From: Ignavibacteriota bacterium
GTDB taxonomy: Bacteria; Bacteroidota; Ignavibacteria; Palsa-1295
Assembly (NCBI GenBank): GCA_963787835.1
Contig: CAWBEI010000002.1
Span: 896,001-960,000, forward strand
Reading direction: 5' to 3'
Length of the DNA: 64,000 bases
Below, in pieces: positions 58,148-64,000 of this stretch. The position numbers and the translations under genes were made by a program. Numbering within the stretch: the stretch's first letter is position 1; each line of letters opens with the position of its first letter. The notes below the pieces were generated by a model. The model was not told the DNA's origin. It worked only from the letters and a program-made list of their open reading frames with translations, and did not search any database.

Positions 58148-59338
58148 TTATGGCTGAAACGGCGTCATCGCCTCCCCATTCGGCCCTATGCGCTGGGCGA
58201 AGTGGAACTTTCCATTCGTGATCTTGATGATCGTGATCGGCTTCGAGGCATTGCGGTATTTGTCGATCGTGATGTTGCCGGTTACGCCGGGGAAGTTCGT
58301 CGTGCTGGAAATGGCTTTCATCAGCTTGGTCGAGTCTGTCGAGTGCGCGCGGTTCATCGCATCCACGAGAATGCGCGTGGCATCGTATCCGAGCGCCGCC
58401 ATGGCATCGGGAACCGCATGGTATTCATCCTGATACTTTTTGATGAAGCTCTGCACCGTGGTATCCGGATCTTCCGTCGAAAAGTGATTCGAGAAGAACG
58501 TGTTGTTGAACTGCTGCTCGTTGCCTTTCGTGAGTTCGGGGGAATCCCAGCCGTCGCCGCCCAAGATGGGGCAATCGATGCCCAGCTCGCGCGCCTGACG
58601 CACGATGAGCGCAACCTCTGTATAATATCCCGGCACAAAGATGACTTCCGGATTCGCGCCTTTGATGCTTGTGAGCGCCGCGTGGAAATCCTTATCGCCG
58701 GAAGAATACGATTGCTCGCTTACGATCGTACCGCCATTGAACGTAAAGGTATTCTTGAACGCATCATCTAAGCCAACGGAATAATCCTGCTTGACATCCG
58801 TAAGAATCGCCGCGCGCTTTTTGCCGAGCGAGTTCATCGCGAACCGCGCCATTGTCTGACCCTGAAACGGATCGGTAAAGCAGATGCGGAAGATATAATC
58901 GCCCTTTTTCGTCACGTCCTCGTTCGTCGAGGCGGGCGTGATCATCGGGACGTGCGCGGACTGGCAGATCGGCGCACCGGCCATCGAGCGGCTCGAAGCC
59001 ACTTCGCCGAGCACCGCAACCACGCGGTCCGAATTCACGAGCTTTTGCACGCTTGCGACCGCATCTTCGGTTTTGGACTGATCGTCCTCGGTCATCAGGT
59101 CGATCTGCTTGCCGAGCACGCCGCCCGCAGCATTGATCTCGTTGATCGCAAGCACATCGCCCTGATGCACCGACTGCCCGAACGTAGCCGTCCCGCCCGT
59201 CAGCGAGGCGAACTCGCCCACGCGGATCGTATCGCCGCCCGGCCCGCCGGACTTTTTGCAGCTAACGAACGTCAGCACCGCGCACAGCGCCGTTAACGCA
59301 ATGAAATTGTTTCGATTAAGGTAAGAAATGGTCTTCAT
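58148..59338 (-). CDS. Branched-chain amino acid ABC substrate-binding lipoprotein (LivK/LivJ-like)
   Basis: Lipobox FVSC, EINAAGGVLGK, FRICFTDPFQG; start placed at MKTIS. Confidence 0.92.
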   Translation of the reverse strand: MKTISYLNRNNFIALTALCAVLTFVSCKKSGGPGGDTIRVGEFASLTGGTATFGQSVHQGDVLAINEINAAGGVLGKQIDLMTEDDQSKTEDAVASVQKLVNSDRVVAVLGEVASSRSMAGAPICQSAHVPMITPASTNEDVTKKGDYIFRICFTDPFQGQTMARFAMNSLGKKRAAILTDVKQDYSVGLDDAFKNTFTFNGGTIVSEQSYSSGDKDFHAALTSIKGANPEVIFVPGYYTEVALIVRQARELGIDCPILGGDGWDSPELTKGNEQQFNNTFFSNHFSTEDPDTTVQSFIKKYQDEYHAVPDAMAALGYDATRILVDAMNRAHSTDSTKLMKAISSTTNFPGVTGNITIDKYRNASKPITIIKITNGKFHFAQRIGPNGEAMTPFQP

Positions 59339-59492
59339 AAGTGTAAATGGAATGTGTGGTCGTAATTTCCTTAATGCAAAAATACGATTAAATATGGGAG
59401 GGGCGGGGGATTTGGGTATGAGAGAAGGTACGGGTGACCATTTTATCGACGCCGATAAAATGGTCACCCCAGAGAAAGCTATCATTCTTGAG

Positions 59493-59693
59493 TTACGGCA
59501 TGTATAGATCACCGTTCTCAACCCAGTAGAATTTCCCGTCAGGCTTTCGAACTGCGGTTGTTGTCCAGGTTTCGAAACCGTGAGTTTGCAATGCGAAGCA
59601 GATGTACATGACAGATCCTGCGTCCGTGCTTGTGATGCGACCGTAGTGTTTCCCATCGCGCCGCATGTCGATAATTTGGAGTTCTTCTTGCAT
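59493..59693 (-). CDS. Small hypothetical protein
   Basis: 66-aa ORF MQEELQII..., divergent from the XRE gene. Confidence 0.45.
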   Translation of the reverse strand: MQEELQIIDMRRDGKHYGRITSTDAGSVMYICFALQTHGFETWTTTAVRKPDGKFYWVENGDLYMP

Positions 59694-59731
59694 GGTTTTA
59701 ATTTGATTAAAAGTGGAGTTTGAAAAAATGA

Positions 59732-59794
59732 GTTTCACATATATGTGAAACATGAATTCCGAAGGGACGTTCCCCGATTTCACATTTAAGTGAA
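59732..59794. promoter_or_regulatory. Paired TTCAC-N6-GTGAA operators
   Basis: Perfect palindrome GTTTCACATATATGTGAAAC and a second site TTCACATTTAAGTGAA. Confidence 0.6.
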
Positions 59795-59824
59795 TTTATT
59801 TTTGGTTGAGTGGGTTCGAGGGGT

Positions 59825-60055
59825 ATGCCATCATCAACCCGACTTTTTCAGCAAAAGCACAAGGCGCTTATTAAGCGACTGGAGGAAGTTTTGGCTAAGA
59901 AGGAATGGACTCAGCGAGACCTTGCAAATGCCACCGGACTGAAAGATTCTGCAATCAGTCGAATAATGCATGGTAATGCGAATCTTACATTGAAGACGAT
60001 TAGCTTGCTTGAGGATCGCTTGGGGGAGCAACTCATCAATGTTTCAGAAGTATGA
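59825..60055 (+). CDS. XRE-family HTH regulator (controller-like)
   Basis: WTQRDLA-x-x-TG-x-x-x-x-x-ISRI-x-x-G-x-x-NLTL. Confidence 0.85.
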   Translation: MPSSTRLFQQKHKALIKRLEEVLAKKEWTQRDLANATGLKDSAISRIMHGNANLTLKTISLLEDRLGEQLINVSEV

Positions 60056-60125
60056 CTTTATACGTTGTGAAGATTTTTCTGTCCGCTCTTGCGTTCTCCA
60101 ACTTGAAGGATCAATTTTAGCAGGC

Positions 60126-61262
60126 ATGAAAAGTCTTAAGACTCTATCTTTATTTTCTGGAGGGGGTGGGCTTGACCTCGGATTTGCCGCGTCCGGCTTC
60201 AAAATACTGGCATGCGTAGAAAAGGATCCATATTCGTGCAACACGCTTAAAATCAATGCTGGCCGAAGAAAGTTCCTTGACAAACCATTAATCATTAATG
60301 AAGATATAACAAAAGTAAACGGCGCCTCAATTATTAAAACCCTTGGACTTAAGGTGGGTGATCTTGATCTAATAATTGGTGGGCCACCATGTCAGGCGTT
60401 CTCGGTATTTGGCAGGCGAGCGGGACTTTCTGACCCGCGAGGAAACCTAATTTGGGAATACCTTCGATTGATTCGAGAAACGATGCCAATGAGCTTTGTT
60501 CTGGAAAACGTTAGTGGGCTTAAAACAATAGATGACGGAAAGCTTTACCTTCAGCTCCTTGAAGCTTTAACGTGTGATGGTCAATACACTGTTTCGGCAC
60601 AAGACTATCACGTTGCTAATTACGGAATACCGCAATTTAGGCATCGGGTCTTTTTTGTGGGTCATCGGAAGGGCAAAATACTTCCCCGCATGCAAGAGTC
60701 GCATGGCGACTCCAATCTATTCGGAGGACTGATTCCATACGTTGCTTCAGGAGATGCGCTCAGGGGCTTACCGAAGCCTGGACCGTCTGTTGGCATAGCG
60801 AATCATATAGGACGCTTGCACAGTCCAGTAATAGTGCAAAGATATCGAGGCCTCCGATTCGGTGAAAGAGATCCAAAAACGCGAATCAATAAGCTTGATC
60901 CAGAAAGGCCAAGTTTTACCATAATAGTTGGATCAGACGCAGGTGGAGGAAAAGGACATGTCCATCCTTATCAGCCGAGAGAGGTCACACCGCGAGAGTC
61001 CGCACGCATGCAGACTTTTCCCGATTGGTGGGAATTTTACGGTCAGGGCCGACACGTTATTAGGCAAGTTGGCAATGCAGTACCTCCCTTATTCGCGGCC
61101 CAACTGGCCCAGCATCTTCTCAGGCACTTTTTTGGGGTAAGAAATACCCTAAATTATTCAGAATTAGTGGAGCTACTTGAGTTAAATTATTTAGAAAAAT
61201 GCTCACCGACCTCTTCAGCCACAAAATACATTCGAGCACGGAAACGTGGCCAGATAAGCTAG
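60126..61262 (+). CDS. DNA (cytosine-5) methyltransferase
   Basis: FSGGGG, GGPPCQ, ENV, Q-x-R-x-R, GNAVPP. Confidence 0.95.
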   Translation: MKSLKTLSLFSGGGGLDLGFAASGFKILACVEKDPYSCNTLKINAGRRKFLDKPLIINEDITKVNGASIIKTLGLKVGDLDLIIGGPPCQAFSVFGRRAGLSDPRGNLIWEYLRLIRETMPMSFVLENVSGLKTIDDGKLYLQLLEALTCDGQYTVSAQDYHVANYGIPQFRHRVFFVGHRKGKILPRMQESHGDSNLFGGLIPYVASGDALRGLPKPGPSVGIANHIGRLHSPVIVQRYRGLRFGERDPKTRINKLDPERPSFTIIVGSDAGGGKGHVHPYQPREVTPRESARMQTFPDWWEFYGQGRHVIRQVGNAVPPLFAAQLAQHLLRHFFGVRNTLNYSELVELLELNYLEKCSPTSSATKYIRARKRGQIS

Positions 61263-62740
61263 TCGAGCTAGCATTCATTTTCGAGGAGTTCGATGGACTT
61301 GAATATAGCCGAGATGCTATAGAAGCCCGGCTCCGTGAAATAAGCCCTCGTTTTACCTACGCAAGCTTAGCCCACGGATCAGTTCGTGATCAATCAAAGT
61401 TCCGAGACGAAATCAGTGCATATCCAGCGTATCTTGGGCTATATTCGCTGGTAAACGAAGACAGTAAATGGATCCTACGGCTTTCGGAGACAGCTAGAGC
61501 TTGTCTTATCAGAGAAGAGCCCGATGTCTCTGCGTTCCTCCGACTTCAATTGCTTTTATTTCAGTTCCCGAATGGAAGTGGAGCAACTTACTCCCATGAT
61601 CATGTTTCGATTAAACCGAATGCTGCATCTAAGACACTTGAATACATCCAAAATGAAATGCATGTGTCGCCGATGAGGCTAATTACATGTGCCTTAGCTG
61701 CTGATGCGAAACTTAGAGAGGTAGAAATTCTCAATGCTAAAGCTGATTATTCCGAAATTTACTTTCTCGCTAATGACGCAACGGTGAGAAAGCACGCCTT
61801 ACCAAATATCAATCAAGTCGCTTCGAGACTTGATGAATTCAGACGCTCTGACCGCAGACTACCCTTTCATTTTGAGCGGCGCTTTCATTTGCTGAAGCAT
61901 ACTGAGATTTTCGAAATCAATGCCGGCGGAATAACTTTTAGAGAAACGGAAGGAGTCGAAGACTCCACTAATCTCAAAGCGAAGATCGAAGCTATACTAC
62001 GAGAAAAAGTAGAGTTCAGAGGATTTGATCACTCGCGCAGTGCAGCAGAGATTGGAAATGTTGTGAGAAGCGGAACATGGGGAAAGTATTTCGACGGCGT
62101 GCAGTCCCTCTCAGCTTCTACCGTCGAGATTTTAGGTGTATCGGAGCTTGCAACAAGAGAAATTGCTATCGACCGTCGCTTGCCAATTCAAACTGCCGCA
62201 ATCCAACCTCGCTCCGATGAATTACCATTCAATTATCCATGGAGAGACTTTCAGCCGCTCACGCCATCTGCCAACCCATCATCATCACGCACTAGGGGTC
62301 AATACGCAGACCCAGAGGTCACTAGAATAAAGTTACAGAGAAGAAATCTGACACATAAGATTCTCCTCGGCAAAATAGATGAATTGCTAGCGACTCACAA
62401 TGCAAGAACCCAAGAAACAGAGCATATCGATCTATTTGCTTCCATTCCTAACGACGGATCATTCCTTTTTGAAGTCAAAAGTGGAGGGGAGAACCTATTA
62501 GATCAAATTCGAAAAGGTATTAGCCAACTGTATGAATACCGCTATCGGTATGCATCTGCCGTTCCGAATGATGTTCATCTGTGTCTTGTCTTGGGTGAAC
62601 AGCCAATTCGTGTGCCATGGGTCAAAGACTATCTGATTAATGACAGGGGAATTGCGCTCTGCTGGGTTAATCAGGACGGTGTTTTTGAATATCCGGCGGC
62701 TTGCGCTCATGCTCTCGACCCTCTTTTCGGAAGAGGTTAA
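61199..62740 (+). CDS. Putative restriction endonuclease
   Basis: C-terminal ID...FEVKS...QLYEY (PD-(D/E)XK-like); overlaps the methylase. Confidence 0.65.
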   Translation: MLTDLFSHKIHSSTETWPDKLVELAFIFEEFDGLEYSRDAIEARLREISPRFTYASLAHGSVRDQSKFRDEISAYPAYLGLYSLVNEDSKWILRLSETARACLIREEPDVSAFLRLQLLLFQFPNGSGATYSHDHVSIKPNAASKTLEYIQNEMHVSPMRLITCALAADAKLREVEILNAKADYSEIYFLANDATVRKHALPNINQVASRLDEFRRSDRRLPFHFERRFHLLKHTEIFEINAGGITFRETEGVEDSTNLKAKIEAILREKVEFRGFDHSRSAAEIGNVVRSGTWGKYFDGVQSLSASTVEILGVSELATREIAIDRRLPIQTAAIQPRSDELPFNYPWRDFQPLTPSANPSSSRTRGQYADPEVTRIKLQRRNLTHKILLGKIDELLATHNARTQETEHIDLFASIPNDGSFLFEVKSGGENLLDQIRKGISQLYEYRYRYASAVPNDVHLCLVLGEQPIRVPWVKDYLINDRGIALCWVNQDGVFEYPAACAHALDPLFGRG

Positions 62741-62837
62741 AATCTGCATTGCAAGCAAATCACTGATTTAGCGCCTAAACAAAAATTCGCATTTCACAGC
62801 ACCTCCGAAAAAGCGTTGTATATTTGGTAGTGAGATA

Positions 62838-63025
62838 ATGAGCACCAAGTGTCTATAAGAATAGTGTTCGTGTCATGTTCATTGACATCTGGGAGGCGCC
62901 GGCGGTAGTTTTCGCTATGAACGAGTTCTCTGAGAAAAGAATTTGTTGCAACAAATGGCGAAAACAGCCTGGAAACGAGGATTCATCGGGAACTCACAAG
63001 AAAGAAAAATGGCACCTGTTTCTGG
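62838..63025 (+). ncRNA. Candidate structured RNA or leader, copy 2
   Basis: Homologous to 25695-25914; follows TGTATATTTG at 62817-62826. Confidence 0.5.
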
Positions 63026-63031
63026 GGGAAA

Positions 63032-63116
63032 GGATGAAGTATGAAGTTTGAAGTATGAAAGGGCTCGGGAAGCAGTCGTCAACTTTCCCTCTTCATACTT
63101 CATACTTCATACTTCA
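63032..63116. repeat. Inverted heptamer array (ATGAAGT/ACTTCAT)
   Basis: GATGAAGTATGAAGTTTGAAGTATGAA ... TTCATACTTCATACTTCATACTTCAAA. Confidence 0.8.
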
Positions 63117-64000
63117 AAAAGATCGTGATGGAGCTTACGGAGGGCGGGGAGGGCTTCGGCGTCCGTTACGAGGGCGATAATGCTGCGGGAGCTGGGCAGA
63201 ATGGCATGCACAACGAACGGGCGGAGGCTTCGGGCAATATCGGCAAGCAGGGCGGTATTATCATCGCCATGCTTGCGCACGATAAGCGAGAGTGCCGCAA
63301 GTGGAGCACCCTCCGTGGCTGTCATGCCGGCGTTCGAAAGCTCGCGAAGGATGGCGCGGCGGTCCTCCTTGCGGAAGATGGCGGAACTTTGCTCGGGGCT
63401 ATCCCAGGCGAGTACGGCACGGGAGCGAATTCGGGCGGCGTCCTCCTTCTGCTTTTTCGCTGCATGGGAACCCATCGGCGGGAACGCGAAAAGGACGAGA
63501 TGCTGCTCCATCGCCAGCGTCAGCGGTTTGGGGGAGCGTGTTGAAGGGGCTTCGCGGCCGAGCGTCGTGTGACCCTTGGGCAGGGAGAATGGCGTGGCGA
63601 TGCGCAGGACAGCGTCACTGGATGATCGGTCAGCCGAAAGTGGATGCGCGAAGGATGGGAACAGAATTCGCGCGCCACGGCGGCCCATCTCCTCGGCTTC
63701 GTCGAAGCTCATCGAGCGAATGAGCTTTGGCGCTTTGACGAATTCGGGATCGGCAGTGTAGAGGCCGGGGAGGGTCTTCCAGATGACGATCTCCTTCGCG
63801 CCAAGGGCGGCAGCAAGGAGCGTTGCAGTGAGATCGGAACTTTCGCTGCCCATGGTGGTCGTGATGCCATCGAGCGTGGCACCGGCAAAGCCCTGCACCA
63901 GCACGATATGGCCTTTGCGAAGCTGGGGAACGATGAGCTTTTCGGCACGGGAAGCGATCTCCTCGCGAAGCGGGGAGGCATGGCCGAACTGCTCATCGGT
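63107..64000 (-). CDS. lysC: Aspartate kinase family protein, partial (starts beyond window)
   Basis: QGF-x-G, TTMG-x-x-SSD-x-TA, GLYTADP, GARIL, LH-x-x-LF. Confidence 0.8.
   Translation of the reverse strand, partial: TDEQFGHASPLREEIASRAEKLIVPQLRKGHIVLVQGFAGATLDGITTTMGSESSDLTATLLAAALGAKEIVIWKTLPGLYTADPEFVKAPKLIRSMSFDEAEEMGRRGARILFPSFAHPLSADRSSSDAVLRIATPFSLPKGHTTLGREAPSTRSPKPLTLAMEQHLVLFAFPPMGSHAAKKQKEDAARIRSRAVLAWDSPEQSSAIFRKEDRRAILRELSNAGMTATEGAPLAALSLIVRKHGDDNTALLADIARSLRPFVVHAILPSSRSIIALVTDAEALPALRKLHHDLFEV

Noticed and set aside
59339-59656. N-terminal extension of LivK in the ORF track
   Set aside because: The lipoprotein signal begins at MKTIS (59338)

Overview
Bacterial chromosomal window, probably from the Bacteroidota/Chlorobiota/Kapabacteria group (inferred from T9SS-type C-terminal domains and a TonB receptor + DUF4249 pair). 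It is mostly housekeeping genes (prfA, menG/ubiE, uppS, glmM, suhB, plsY, nusB, cinA-pgpA-pgsA-rsmB-tsaD-uvrC-mce, livKHM, lysC, tRNA-Arg). These are interspersed with three toxin-antitoxin pairs, an arsenic/fluoride resistance cluster, an XRE + m5C methylase + nuclease cassette and a 2016-aa Gly/Thr/Asn-rich surface protein. The most unusual signals are: (1) a short palindromic repeat family whose seven visible copies all lie in frame inside four housekeeping genes (menG, suhB, nusB, tsaD), read in different frames and both orientations, plus a second palindromic family in frame in a lipoprotein signal peptide; (2) a duplicated non-coding unit of promoter, hairpin, boxA-like motif and conserved structured core, found beside two defence-type cassettes; (3) a GxxExxY gene inside terminal inverted repeats, with an empty copy elsewhere; (4) an orphan hairpin plus terminator that may be a small RNA; (5) a LarA homolog lacking the nickel-pincer residues. 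All calls come from reading the sequence by eye; no database search was run.
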